From: Promethearchaeota archaeon
GTDB taxonomy: Archaea > Asgardarchaeota > Lokiarchaeia > Sigyniarchaeales > SOKP01
Reading direction: 5' to 3'
DNA: 64,000 bases
Assembly: GCA_016839555.1 (NCBI GenBank)
Contig: JAEOUA010000008.1
Span: 96,001-160,000, forward strand
In this document: piece by piece, positions 11,037 to 22,063 of the stretch
Numbering within the stretch: position 1 is the first letter of the stretch
Layout: each line of letters opens with the position of its first letter
Notes under the pieces: generated by a model
Databases searched by the model: none
What the model was told of the DNA's origin: nothing
What the model saw: only the letters and a program-made list of their open reading frames with translations
Program-made: the position numbers and the translations under genes

Positions 11037-13031
11037 ATGTCAGAAAAAAGAAGAGAAGCTCTTATTTTTGATGCGAATTTCTTTATTTGTATGCTTTCTA
11101 TTAAAGTAAAAAAGATCTTACAGAAATTAGAAGATGTCGCTTCTGAATTAGGATTTCAATATTATATTACAGAAAATGTTTTTAATGAAATAAAAACTTC
11201 TTCTGATTTTAAAGAGGAACTCAAAAGAATTATAAATATTGAAAAAATAGATGATAAAGAAATTAATACATTAAAAGAAAATTTAAAAAAAAGAAATATA
11301 AGATTTCCTGCTCAAGATCCAGATTTATCTTTAATAATTTTAGCTGAAAGACTCACAAAGAATAAAAGATTCAAAAAAGTACACATAATAACTGATGATT
11401 TCAAGTTAGCAAAAAATACGGCTATTTTACATCCCAAAAAGATAAATATTTTATCACTTTCCAGTTTTCTATTAAAAATCCATAGGGGTATATCAAAATC
11501 TCAGATGAGAAACTATTTTAAAAATGTATGGCAACAATCGCTTAATTATACTTTAGGATATATGCTGGATTCCGAGCGATTAAAATTGTATAAAGCAGAA
11601 AAAAAAATCACGTGGCTTATTGAGCGAGCAATAAGCGTTACACAAGATTCCATCTTAACCCAAGATTCATGTTTAGAAGAAAATCAAATGGAATTTGGGA
11701 TATGTACACCAAAACATGAAAAGGAGTTGGCAGTTGCCGAAAGATATATCGAAGGGCAAAAAATTCCTCAAAGTGATGAAGAAAAAGTATATAATATTAT
11801 TAATTTCTTAGAAAATCTTAAGATTTCTCGGGAATATATTAAAAAATCTCGAAATGCGATCATAAAAAATGATTCGAAAAGCGCAGTAAAGTATTTAAAG
11901 AAAGGAAATGGATTTCTCGTCTCATTATTGCAATTAGCATCCGGAAAAATTAATAACTTGAGTGACTATGAAATTGTGGAGCAATTGATTTGTTCTGAAA
12001 TTTCAAAAATGGAATTTTTACGAGCGTTTTTATTAGTATCTTTAGGTCATATCAATTCCGCTATCGATTCACTTGAGCGAGCTGCTTTATTTTCTACAAT
12101 AATTCATAATTATCAAACATGTCTTACTTTAAATTATATTAAAGCGTTAATCCTTTTATTTCACGGCTTTTATCAAAATTCTATATTAGCATACAATTTT
12201 ACAGAAGAATTGGCAGAAGTCTATAAAAATGAAAAATTAAAGTTGAAATGCGCTATAGGGAAGGCGATTGCTTTACACATACAAGGGGGAGAAGATGATA
12301 AAGAAGCCGCAATGGGAATTATGAGTGAAATTTCTGATATCAATCTTAAAGAAAATATAGTGGATGCGATTATTGTTTTTAGTGAGCTCGGGGATTATTT
12401 TCTCGCATTAGGTCATTCTCAAATTGCAACAAATTTATATAATGAAAGTATGGAGATGGCGATAGATGCGGGATTGAATTGGAAGGTGGATATTTTAATA
12501 GAAAAATTAAAACGAGCTTACATAGCAACAGTAATCAATGGATATCAGGCTCAAGAAATCGTGGATAATTTAGATTTATTACTCAATAGAGCCTATAAAG
12601 TTAAAAATATTGAGGAATATAATGAACAAATAAAAAAAATAGCGAGTTTTAATAAATTATTTTATACTCCATTTGAGTATATAAAAGGAAAGAAAAAATT
12701 TATTAAATACAATGCCCTTCCTGATGCATTAAAAGATACATATTTAGAAGCTGTTCATTTTATTAAAGAAAGGGATAATCAAATACTTTTTATTGTATCT
12801 CATTATGAATTAGGCTTATTAGGTATTAGATTAAAAACAGACCAGAATATAACAGGTATTGCTGAAAATTATAGTCTTAGAATAAAACCCCATACACATA
12901 TAAAAATCTATGATGCGGAAAATGAATTAAAAGAACTTTATCTAATACGAGCTGTCATAGAAATTAAAGAAGTTGATGGTGTAGAAATATTATACAGTTT
13001 ACCTTCCTTTTTCAAGCAATTAAATCTTTAA
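11037..13031 (+). CDS. PIN-domain protein with C-terminal TPR-like helical repeats
   Basis: LIFDANF...VFNEI...DPDLSL...IITDDFKL PIN acidic set; helical repeats such as ELGDYFLALGHSQIATNLYNESMEMA. Confidence 0.75.
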   Translation: MSEKRREALIFDANFFICMLSIKVKKILQKLEDVASELGFQYYITENVFNEIKTSSDFKEELKRIINIEKIDDKEINTLKENLKKRNIRFPAQDPDLSLIILAERLTKNKRFKKVHIITDDFKLAKNTAILHPKKINILSLSSFLLKIHRGISKSQMRNYFKNVWQQSLNYTLGYMLDSERLKLYKAEKKITWLIERAISVTQDSILTQDSCLEENQMEFGICTPKHEKELAVAERYIEGQKIPQSDEEKVYNIINFLENLKISREYIKKSRNAIIKNDSKSAVKYLKKGNGFLVSLLQLASGKINNLSDYEIVEQLICSEISKMEFLRAFLLVSLGHINSAIDSLERAALFSTIIHNYQTCLTLNYIKALILLFHGFYQNSILAYNFTEELAEVYKNEKLKLKCAIGKAIALHIQGGEDDKEAAMGIMSEISDINLKENIVDAIIVFSELGDYFLALGHSQIATNLYNESMEMAIDAGLNWKVDILIEKLKRAYIATVINGYQAQEIVDNLDLLLNRAYKVKNIEEYNEQIKKIASFNKLFYTPFEYIKGKKKFIKYNALPDALKDTYLEAVHFIKERDNQILFIVSHYELGLLGIRLKTDQNITGIAENYSLRIKPHTHIKIYDAENELKELYLIRAVIEIKEVDGVEILYSLPSFFKQLNL

Positions 13032-13074
13032 ATTAGGTAAGAGTTAAAAAAATGTAAGACAACTAAAGGATAAT

Positions 13075-13350
13075 TTACTCTTTTTTTCTTTTATCTTTTG
13101 CTCGCTGAGACACAACCCCAGAATGAACCGCACAGCTGATGCAGAGGTACTTCCTATTCTGACCACCTAGAATGATAGTGCCGTCTTTTTTAAGCTCCTT
13201 ATACATTCTTCCATCTACTAATCTTGTTGTACCAGTAACTACTTTAGCTTTCGCCCGAGGGACACTTCGACCACATTTAGAACATTGAACACTCTTATAT
13301 CTTCCCTTTGATGAACCAGATTTACCTCCTGACTTTCTTTTTCGCGCCAC
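13075..13350 (-). CDS. rps26e: Ribosomal protein eS26
   Basis: VQCSKCGRSVPRAKA ... YLCISCAVHSGVV. Confidence 0.95.
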   Translation of the reverse strand: MARKRKSGGKSGSSKGRYKSVQCSKCGRSVPRAKAKVVTGTTRLVDGRMYKELKKDGTIILGGQNRKYLCISCAVHSGVVSQRAKDKRKKE

Positions 13351-13449
13351 CTTTCATATCACCTCATTTTTTATTATTATCCTTTAATATCTAAATATTT
13401 TGAGAATTATAAGATTTTTTATTTTATTAGAAAATTTTTTAAAAGAGAA

Positions 13450-14124
13450 TTATTTCTTCGGAACTTTTTTAAGAGATTTTCGAATATGAATAATTCTCTG
13501 CCCTAAAGTAAAGATAAGTGTAATTATAAAACATTTTATAAAAATTGGGAAGAAATACTCAAATGGATTTCCCGTTAGCCATAAAGTAATGGCATACACA
13601 TATATTTCAATAATTATCGCTACTATTAAAATGATTAATCTTTCCGCTCTTTCAAGAAACCCAACTCCCTTCATATTGACCTCCTCTACTTCTGCTCGAG
13701 ATCTGGTATAAGATATCATTATAACTAAAAATAACATAAGAAATCCTTCAATAAAACCTACTAAATTTCCATATATTAATCCGAAAATAATTACAGAATC
13801 TGAAATTCTATCAATATTAGAATCTAAAAAGGAACCTTCTGGACTCACTTGTCCCGTTTGCCTAGCAACTTCTCCATCGAAAACATCTAAAACCCCCGAA
13901 ACAATTATTAAAATAGGGGGTATCCAGGCCAAGAAAAAGTTTCTATGAATAAAACCTAATCCAATTAAAATACCCCCAGCTAAAGAGCTTAAAAATCCTC
14001 CAAATGATAGAAAATTTGGAGATATATTGTATTTAATTAAGTAGGATACAGGTTTATCAATAATCTTATTTAAAAATTTTTTTTGTATTTTTCTTTTTTG
14101 AGTGGGTTCATCGATATCTGACAT
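13450..14124 (-). CDS. CDP-alcohol phosphatidyltransferase (archaetidylinositol-phosphate synthase-like)
   Basis: DVFDGEVAR...GSFLDSNIDRISD signature; SYTRSRAE; ERAER. Confidence 0.92.
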   Translation of the reverse strand: MSDIDEPTQKRKIQKKFLNKIIDKPVSYLIKYNISPNFLSFGGFLSSLAGGILIGLGFIHRNFFLAWIPPILIIVSGVLDVFDGEVARQTGQVSPEGSFLDSNIDRISDSVIIFGLIYGNLVGFIEGFLMLFLVIMISYTRSRAEVEEVNMKGVGFLERAERLIILIVAIIIEIYVYAITLWLTGNPFEYFFPIFIKCFIITLIFTLGQRIIHIRKSLKKVPKK

Positions 14125-14181
14125 ATATAATTCACATTTTAATAAAATAGATTGATGATTGGATATACTAAAGAAAAATAT

Positions 14182-14778
14182 CTAAAGGAAAAAAGCCAAT
14201 TTGAGTTTCACCAAGCGTATTACCGTAGAGGCCAATAAAGACTTAGTTCCTAAACTTATTTCGGGAATATTTAGTTTTAAAAATTCTAAAGACCTAATAA
14301 AATCTTCGCTTTGATTGCCGATAATCAAAAATAATTCTTTTTTTAGCTTGATTTTACCTAATAATTTAGTAAAAGAACAGCCTGATTCTTTTAAAAGAAA
14401 AACATTTTTTCCTTGTTCTTGTAGTTTTTTTAAGCATCCAATAAGAGAGATGCTTTCTTTCTTAATTGAATTTAATGGGTTTTGTTGGTTTTTATTTGTT
14501 CCAGAAATTTTTATTAATTTATAAATATAATCTGAAAGTAAGAGTTCATCCTTTGGAAATATAGAATAATTTAATTCAACTGTATTAAATATATAGGTGC
14601 CATATTTCTTAAAAAAGATCATAAATAGTATATTGTTATCAAATTTATCTTTATTCAAAAGAGCTGACAGGATACAACGCGAGATTACATCTAATCTCCC
14701 AGATGACCCAGGAATATCTTTTATAGTGTAATTATCTAAATTAATTGTATCGGATTTCATTAAAAAAATTATTTTCAA
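14182..14778 (-). CDS. trmY: tRNA (pseudouridine54-N1)-methyltransferase, SPOUT family
   Basis: DIPGSSGRLDVISRC and C-terminal ISLG.KSL.AS knot motif. Confidence 0.8.
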   Translation of the reverse strand: MKIIFLMKSDTINLDNYTIKDIPGSSGRLDVISRCILSALLNKDKFDNNILFMIFFKKYGTYIFNTVELNYSIFPKDELLLSDYIYKLIKISGTNKNQQNPLNSIKKESISLIGCLKKLQEQGKNVFLLKESGCSFTKLLGKIKLKKELFLIIGNQSEDFIRSLEFLKLNIPEISLGTKSLLASTVIRLVKLKLAFFL

Positions 14779-15015
14779 GATACTAAAGACTTTATTTTAA
14801 TTTTATAATTATTAATCTAATTTAATATGAAAATAATAATTGAATCATTTTAATAATAATTATTAAAAAGATAATTGGAAAAAAAATAAGATTTGAATTT
14901 TTTATTAAAAGATTTCTTAACCATGAATATTTAAAAACATATATTATCCACATTCTTGAAATTGAATAGAATTTATTTAAAATAAGTGTAAAAAAAATAA
15001 AAAAAAATAAAGAAT

Positions 15016-15867
15016 TTAATAGAATGCAGCTCTTCTTGCTCCTAATGCAAATAATCCATAAAAAATTCCATTTATTCCTGCTGTTATCGAAACATTTATG
15101 ATTATTGAAATTAAATCAGGTGTCGGCGGGGAGTATGCTACATTAAAAGTGCCTACAGCCATAAATGTCCCATGAATAGTCCAGCCTAGTGTATTATTAA
15201 TAATCAAATACTGAGTAATAAAGTCTTTATTATTTATTTCTAACAATAGAAACGAATTTAGAATTGTTTGATCGGGAGTCCATCCCAATACTAAATCGAA
15301 AGCAACAATAAGATTCCCAACACTTTCTAGACCACCTAATTCTGTTATCATATATTGATAGAGAATAATAGTACTGGGGAGTTGAGGTAATCCTAATAGA
15401 TTAAGGATTAAAGATGTTTCGAGAGTTGATGGTCCTTTCTCTTCATAAGTTCCAATAATAGACATAAATATATTTGAGGTTCCACCAGATAAAGATTGTA
15501 CAATAGGTAAAGCAATAAAAGCTAGTATTAATACCATGATATAAGCTGTAAGTACGGTTAAACCCCAGCCTCCGAAGCAAGCACCTTTTGATTCTCCAAA
15601 ATAACCAGATAGTACTGCTGCGATTACGCAAGCTACAATTGCGCCTATTGCAAGAAGAATTAAACCAAGATTTCCACCAGAACCAATTATATTAGTTATT
15701 AAATAGCTTGGTAAGAAGAAAATAGACTGAACAAGAAGCCCTATTATTGATAAAGGATTAAATTCTTCAAATCCATATGTTAATGTAGTATATATTAGTC
15801 CGAATGTTATATTTATCCCAAAAAATGCCGCTAAACTTATCAAATAACTCTTATGTATAGAAGCCAT
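15016..15867 (-). CDS. Hypothetical multi-pass membrane protein
   Basis: About five hydrophobic segments. Confidence 0.7.
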   Translation of the reverse strand: MASIHKSYLISLAAFFGINITFGLIYTTLTYGFEEFNPLSIIGLLVQSIFFLPSYLITNIIGSGGNLGLILLAIGAIVACVIAAVLSGYFGESKGACFGGWGLTVLTAYIMVLILAFIALPIVQSLSGGTSNIFMSIIGTYEEKGPSTLETSLILNLLGLPQLPSTIILYQYMITELGGLESVGNLIVAFDLVLGWTPDQTILNSFLLLEINNKDFITQYLIINNTLGWTIHGTFMAVGTFNVAYSPPTPDLISIIINVSITAGINGIFYGLFALGARRAAFY

Positions 15868-16070
15868 TTTTAATTTTTCCTCTATTTTATTGGATAATAA
15901 TTAATAATTGATTATTTAATTATAAAAATATAATTATTTATAAATTTTGACAATAAATCTATATAAAGAGAAGAAGGAATTCATACGACCTCTAATATGA
16001 AAACTAATTATTTTTTTAAGTTTTAGAATTATTTATCTAAAAAATATGATAATATAAGGTTTTAATCTTC

Positions 16071-19000
16071 TTAATAAGTTTTTTCTACCCAACTCTCAAG
16101 GTCGAGATATAATTTTTTCAATTGTTCGATTTGATTTTCGTTCGCCTCCCAATAACCTCTTTGTTCCGCTTGTAGCATATTTTTAATGATATCCATCATT
16201 GCAAATCTATTATTCTCTGTTAATGCATTTCTAATCTCTTCATTCTCAATATATTGATTATATGCTTTATTCCAAATCCAATTATCAACTTTATGAGTAG
16301 TTGCAGCAAGTCCAAGGATATTTTCTACTCTCTCTGCTACCTTCTGTCCTCCATGATAATTATGTTCTAAAAGAGCTTTAATCCATTTCGGGTTTAAGAT
16401 ACGGGTTATAGTTCCTTCTTTGATACTATTTTCTAATGTCTCAACTCTAATATTTTTGGAAGTTGAGTCGGCAATGTAAACATTTGACTTTTTTCCACTT
16501 AATTCTTCATAAGTTCTTACCAAACCACCAGTGAATTCATAATAATGGTCTAAATCAGTAATTTGATACTCAGAAGAATCTCGGATTTGACTCATTAAAT
16601 TAATTTTACTTACTGCTTTAGAAAATGTATTAAAACTTCTTTTTACCTTCTGATTTTTCATATATGCGAAACACATATTATTTAGATAATCTTTAACTAA
16701 TTCTTTCTCTTCACCCCATTTTCCTGCAGATATAATATCAGTGAGATTAGTATTATATTTTCCAGGAGGGGGTCCAAAAATTCTAGCCTCCGGCTCCTCA
16801 ATTCCTTCCGATTTTAATTCTTCAACAGATTTTTTAATATAATTTTGATCTAGAGGTTCATCTAACTCATTTACTAACTCGAAAGCTTTATTTATAAGTT
16901 CTAAAAGATAAGGAAAGGTATCTCTAAAAATTCCCGCGATGGTTACAATTACATTTATTCTTGGATGAGTCATTTCTTCAAGTGGAATAATTTCAAGTTC
17001 CGTGGTCCAAATTGATTTGTTTTTAACAGCCCTCACGCCAAGGTAATTAAAAATTTGTCCAATTGTTTCTCCACCGGTTTTCATTGTTTCAAAAGCCCAT
17101 AAGACGACACTTGTTGTTTCTGGATATTGCCCATTTTGTACTTTATAATTTTGAATTAGTTTTTCGGCGATCTCAGAACCTCTTCTATATGCAGTTGTAT
17201 TTGGTATTAATCTTGGATCAAATCCGAAGGAATTTCTCCCTGTTGGAAAGATTTGAGGGGATCTAATAGGATCTCCGCCTAACCCTGGGATAATATATCC
17301 TCCTTCCATAGCATGTATGATGTTCTCCATTTCCATTGAACTATCTAATCGCTGGAGAAAAGGAATTATCCAATTCTTAAGAACTTCTATTTCTTCTTTA
17401 GAGAAATTGAATTTATCTAAAATATCTTTATGTAATTGGTCTATTAAAGCATTATCAATATTTTTTGGTGATATTAATGATGCTAAAAAGTTTTTTAAAT
17501 AAGATTCTATATTTTTAGCTCGTTCTTCTTCATCTTTACCAAATTTTTTTATGCCTTCTTCTATTTCATGAGGTATTTCCGCGGAATTAAGTAAAATCAT
17601 TTGAATAAGATCTATTTTTTCTTGTAGATTATAATTTTTTCCCAATATATGTAATCCCATCGGGATTACCGACGTTTTATATCTATATAAAAGATCCTCT
17701 AATTCAGAAATATTATTAAATTCAAGATTTAAAGAATTTGCCAATTCATTTATTTCTTTTTCAAGATCCTTTATTCTTTCCGATTTAACATTATTAATCG
17801 AATCGGTAGCGCTTAATTCTACTTTAGATTGATATTCTTCTATTAAAAGTTCTAAATTCTCAATTTCTTGATATAATTCTGAATGTTTAAATGAAGGTCC
17901 AGCATGGTTTATAATTAATGCATTTGCCCTTCTTTTTGCAATAGCCGATTCACTGGTATTTGTTACATGATAATAATAAATATTTGGTAAATTTCCAATT
18001 AAATATATATTAAAATCATTGATTTCTCCAGCGCATTCTTTTCCAGGCAAAAATTCTTCAGTTCCATGGGTTCCTATGTGAATAAATGCATCAACATTAG
18101 CAATTTGATCGAGATATTTATAAAATGCTAAATATTCATGATGAGGTGGAAGATTTCGATCATGATATTCATTAGGATCTCCAGATACAGTGCTTCTTGC
18201 TGGTTGTAAACATAGATAAATATTACCATATTGAATTATTGGTAATTTTAAACCTGAATTTTGGGTCATAATTTCTCCTGGAGGGGCTCCCCAAAATTCT
18301 TTTATTTCATTCTTCAGAGTATCTGGTAATTGTTCAAAAAGTTTTAAATATTGTTCATTCTCTAAGAAAATACCATTGAATTCCTCAATATTTGTCATTT
18401 TTGGGCAATTAACTGAACCCCCTCTAATAAAAATATCTCCAAGTGTCTTATCTTCAGGAAAGTCTCCTATAAAATATCCTTCTTTTTTAAGCTTTTCAAA
18501 TAAATTTGAAACTGATTCCGTCACATCTAAGTATGCAGCATTTCCTATTTTATCTTCACCAGGAGGATAATTATATATTATAATGGCTATTTTCTTTTCG
18601 TTATTTAATTTTTGACGTAAATTTAACCATTTTCTAATTCTATTTGAAATTAATTTTATATTTTCTTCTAATGGAACGGTTTCCAATATATCAGAGTTTA
18701 TCAATTCGGAATAGCCAAGATTTTTCATGCAACCCACGGTCATCATCTCAAGCCTTCCATCCAATTCTGGCATGACTATTGCAATAATTTGGTTTATTGG
18801 AATAATTCCTTCTTGAGAAGCTCTATACTCTTCTATAGTCATACTGAATTGAATTATTGGATTGAAATGAGGAACATCTAATTTTTGATAAAGTTCCAAA
18901 GTTGTTGTGGAGTCTCCCCCATATGGTCCTCCATTTAATTGAAAATATTGCAAATTTATAATAGCACTTACAATCTGTTGTTCATTATGAAAAAAAAATT

Positions 19001-19886
19001 CTTTATGAGCTTCTATATTAGTAAAGACTTCAGAAAAAACAGGAATTACATTAAAATCATCCAAATATTCCATAAATTTTTCGACGATCGGAAGGGATTG
19101 TTCAAAATAAAGCCCTCCATAGAAAAACAGACCAATTGTTTGTTTCGCTGGATCATAATTAATTTTTTCTAAATAATTATCGAGATTATTGAAATATTGA
19201 TTTAATTTAACATCATATATTCCATAAGAAGGGATTTTTTCAGGTTTATGTACATCAAGTTCATCATACCCTAAGTAATTTTTCAATAAAAATAGGATCA
19301 TATTTTTATGATTCACACCAATTCCTCCTAAACCATACACATAATAATCCATCATAAGACCCCAATATCTTGCATGTTTGATGGCTCTAACGGGAAAGAT
19401 TTTTCCAATAACTTTGATTAATTTTGTCATTCGTTGCCCAAATCTTACAGCATCCGTGAGGTCTGGAATTTCATCTAATCCATAATCATTTTGACTAGAA
19501 GAGGGAATTTTTTTTGCTTTAAAAGGACCCATTTTGGTAAGTTTTCTAATTTCACTATTACCCCCTACTAATGCGATTATATTTTTTTCTTCATAAAGGT
19601 CTGGCTGGTTTTCCTCCATTTGATTATAAGTTTTTACTAAAATTTCTGCCGTGGGACAGTTTCCTCTAATATCTATTAACATAATATCTGAGTTATATAT
19701 TTCGTCTATGAATTCTTTCTCAGGTATCTTTCCAGAGTCAATATCCTTTAAAAATAGCATTTTAAAATCGAAAATATGACCAAATTCATCATAAATTTCT
19801 CTTATCCCTTCTGTGAGCCATTTTACAAAAATAGAGGTGGAAACTAACGTTATTTTGGGTATTGACTCCTTAGCTTTATTAATAAT
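16071..19886 (-). CDS. cobN: Cobaltochelatase CobN / Mg-chelatase subunit H family protein (probable ATT/ATA start upstream of ATG 19760)
   Basis: MPELDG, YNYPP, HIGTHGTEEFLPGK, AKRR, PTGRN, GIFRD, DLDHYYEF, RILNPKWI; frame stays open 141 nt upstream of 19760. Confidence 0.9.
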   Translation of the reverse strand: MINKAKESIPKITLVSTSIFVKWLTEGIREIYDEFGHIFDFKMLFLKDIDSGKIPEKEFIDEIYNSDIMLIDIRGNCPTAEILVKTYNQMEENQPDLYEEKNIIALVGGNSEIRKLTKMGPFKAKKIPSSSQNDYGLDEIPDLTDAVRFGQRMTKLIKVIGKIFPVRAIKHARYWGLMMDYYVYGLGGIGVNHKNMILFLLKNYLGYDELDVHKPEKIPSYGIYDVKLNQYFNNLDNYLEKINYDPAKQTIGLFFYGGLYFEQSLPIVEKFMEYLDDFNVIPVFSEVFTNIEAHKEFFFHNEQQIVSAIINLQYFQLNGGPYGGDSTTTLELYQKLDVPHFNPIIQFSMTIEEYRASQEGIIPINQIIAIVMPELDGRLEMMTVGCMKNLGYSELINSDILETVPLEENIKLISNRIRKWLNLRQKLNNEKKIAIIIYNYPPGEDKIGNAAYLDVTESVSNLFEKLKKEGYFIGDFPEDKTLGDIFIRGGSVNCPKMTNIEEFNGIFLENEQYLKLFEQLPDTLKNEIKEFWGAPPGEIMTQNSGLKLPIIQYGNIYLCLQPARSTVSGDPNEYHDRNLPPHHEYLAFYKYLDQIANVDAFIHIGTHGTEEFLPGKECAGEINDFNIYLIGNLPNIYYYHVTNTSESAIAKRRANALIINHAGPSFKHSELYQEIENLELLIEEYQSKVELSATDSINNVKSERIKDLEKEINELANSLNLEFNNISELEDLLYRYKTSVIPMGLHILGKNYNLQEKIDLIQMILLNSAEIPHEIEEGIKKFGKDEEERAKNIESYLKNFLASLISPKNIDNALIDQLHKDILDKFNFSKEEIEVLKNWIIPFLQRLDSSMEMENIIHAMEGGYIIPGLGGDPIRSPQIFPTGRNSFGFDPRLIPNTTAYRRGSEIAEKLIQNYKVQNGQYPETTSVVLWAFETMKTGGETIGQIFNYLGVRAVKNKSIWTTELEIIPLEEMTHPRINVIVTIAGIFRDTFPYLLELINKAFELVNELDEPLDQNYIKKSVEELKSEGIEEPEARIFGPPPGKYNTNLTDIISAGKWGEEKELVKDYLNNMCFAYMKNQKVKRSFNTFSKAVSKINLMSQIRDSSEYQITDLDHYYEFTGGLVRTYEELSGKKSNVYIADSTSKNIRVETLENSIKEGTITRILNPKWIKALLEHNYHGGQKVAERVENILGLAATTHKVDNWIWNKAYNQYIENEEIRNALTENNRFAMMDIIKNMLQAEQRGYWEANENQIEQLKKLYLDLESWVEKTY

Positions 19887-19901
19887 ATTTTCACCTAAAA
19901 A

Positions 19902-21875
19902 TTATGAATGTTCTAATATTCCTTTTTCTTTTAGGAGATTATTTAGATTTTCTGTATCTAAATTATCAATATGATAATAGATAGCATCTGTCGCTTCAGC
20001 CAATTTTTTATTAATTCCCAATGAAACTTCAGAACTTTCGGTATCAACTATAATAAAATCTATATTATGTTTTGCTATAGATTCTCCTGTTTTAAGTACA
20101 TCTTTAATTGAATCATTATAATAAACATTACCCCGAGCATCTGATAATAAAATAATTAAGGGTATATATCCAGACTGTCTTCTTCTTTCTTCTAAAGCTA
20201 AATCTAAAGCTTTACTCAAACCCTTCACTAAAGGAGTTGTTCCTCCCGTTGGAATATCTTTCAAAAGTTTATATGCTAAATCAGTGCTTCTTGTAGGAGG
20301 TAATAAAACTTCCGCTTCTTCTTTTCTAAATATTATTAAAGCAACTTTATCTCGATATACATAATTTGTTTGTAAAATCGAAAAAATAGCCCCTTTCACA
20401 GATTCCATACGATTTTTAACTCCCATTGAACCTGATGCATCAACACAAAATATAATTAAATAACTTGATTTTCCCATTCTACTTTTTATGTAAATATGAT
20501 CCTCTAAAATGGTTAAAGTTTCTCCATTTTCAAGCGCAATTTTATTCTGAGGTTCTAATGCCGCTTTATTTAAAGTTTCATTTATGGCAATATCCTCTGC
20601 ATTAGAAAAATTAAATTTTTTTGGTTTTTCTCCTCCAATATATTTGCCTCTGGAGCTTTCAGTTGGATGAAGGACTCGCTTTCCAGAAGTATTCATCATT
20701 TCCCTTACTCTTTTCTTTTCTATTATTTTTTCAGCATTAGTATCTTTACCAATATCAAAGATTTCTTCTCGTGTATTTAGGATTTGTTGCTGATTCTCCT
20801 CCTTATCAAGATTTAGATCTGCGGTTTCCTCTGGTTTTTCGTAATTATTATCAATAATTTCGTCAACTTTCTCTTCGTCTAATTCTTGTTCCTCAAACGG
20901 TAGACGTCTCATCCGATGATTTAATGATAATTTAGCTGCTATCTTTATATCTTCATCACTTACTTTTTTTCTTCCATGAAAAGCAGCAATAGTTTTTGCA
21001 GTTCTTGCAATAGTAATATCAGCTCTATGCCCGTCAGTTTGAAATTGAATACAGAGTTGGGCAATTCTCTTTAATTGTTCATCAGAAATTTTAACTTTAT
21101 TGAGTATATTTTGAGCTTCTATTAACTTTTCTCTTAAATTGTTCTGTTTTGATTTATGATCCTCATAAAATTTATTCGGATTTGTCTGAAAGGCTTCAAC
21201 CTTTTTGATAATTTCTACTCTTTTATCTATATCTTCAATCCTTTCTACATTAACACTTAATCCAAATCTATCTAATAATTGAGGTCTTATATGCCCCTCT
21301 TCAGGGTTCATCGTCCCGACTAGAATAAAATTTGAGGGGTGATGAAAACTTATTCCCTCTCGTTCGATTATATTAACACCCATCGCGGCACTGTCTAGTA
21401 ATACATCAGCGACATTATCAGCTAGCAAGTTCACCTCATCAATATATAAAATATTTCTATTTGCTTCTGCTAAAATCCCTGGTTCTAATGCCTTAATACC
21501 TTCCTTTAATGCTTGCTTTATATCTATGGTCCCTACAACACGATCTTCTGTGGCATTTATGGGAAGATTTATTACATCCATTTTTTTCTCCATAATTTCT
21601 TCATCGCTAAATCCACCGCTTTCATGACGTTCTTTGCATGCAGTACACATTTCACTTTCATCATGAGGATTACAGTTAAATGGACAATCTTTTACGATTT
21701 TTATTTCTGGAAGTATATCTGCTAATGCTCTTACGGCTGTTGATTTTGCGGTGCCTTTAGTGCCTTGAATTAGAACACCGCCAATTTTAGGATTTATTGC
21801 ATTCAAAAATAGGGCTAATTTCATCATATCTTGCCCTATAATTGCAGTAAATGGATAAACTTTATGACATGTCAT
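19902..21875 (-). CDS. Chelatase ATPase subunit ChlI/ChlD family (AAA+ plus C-terminal VWA)
   Basis: [61 protein letters not shown]. Confidence 0.93.
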   Translation of the reverse strand: MTCHKVYPFTAIIGQDMMKLALFLNAINPKIGGVLIQGTKGTAKSTAVRALADILPEIKIVKDCPFNCNPHDESEMCTACKERHESGGFSDEEIMEKKMDVINLPINATEDRVVGTIDIKQALKEGIKALEPGILAEANRNILYIDEVNLLADNVADVLLDSAAMGVNIIEREGISFHHPSNFILVGTMNPEEGHIRPQLLDRFGLSVNVERIEDIDKRVEIIKKVEAFQTNPNKFYEDHKSKQNNLREKLIEAQNILNKVKISDEQLKRIAQLCIQFQTDGHRADITIARTAKTIAAFHGRKKVSDEDIKIAAKLSLNHRMRRLPFEEQELDEEKVDEIIDNNYEKPEETADLNLDKEENQQQILNTREEIFDIGKDTNAEKIIEKKRVREMMNTSGKRVLHPTESSRGKYIGGEKPKKFNFSNAEDIAINETLNKAALEPQNKIALENGETLTILEDHIYIKSRMGKSSYLIIFCVDASGSMGVKNRMESVKGAIFSILQTNYVYRDKVALIIFRKEEAEVLLPPTRSTDLAYKLLKDIPTGGTTPLVKGLSKALDLALEERRRQSGYIPLIILLSDARGNVYYNDSIKDVLKTGESIAKHNIDFIIVDTESSEVSLGINKKLAEATDAIYYHIDNLDTENLNNLLKEKGILEHS

Positions 21876-22063
21876 TGTTAGTTGAGTATGAAAATATTAT
21901 AGTTTAGTATGATCATCATGCTACTAAATAATTTAGTTAGTTATACTATTAAAATATGTTCTTTTTGAATTATAAAAGAGAGTATATAAAAATAGGGTAT
22001 TTATAAAATATTAAAAAGAATATAACAGTGTAATTGAATTAATTTTTTTATTAACAAATTTTT

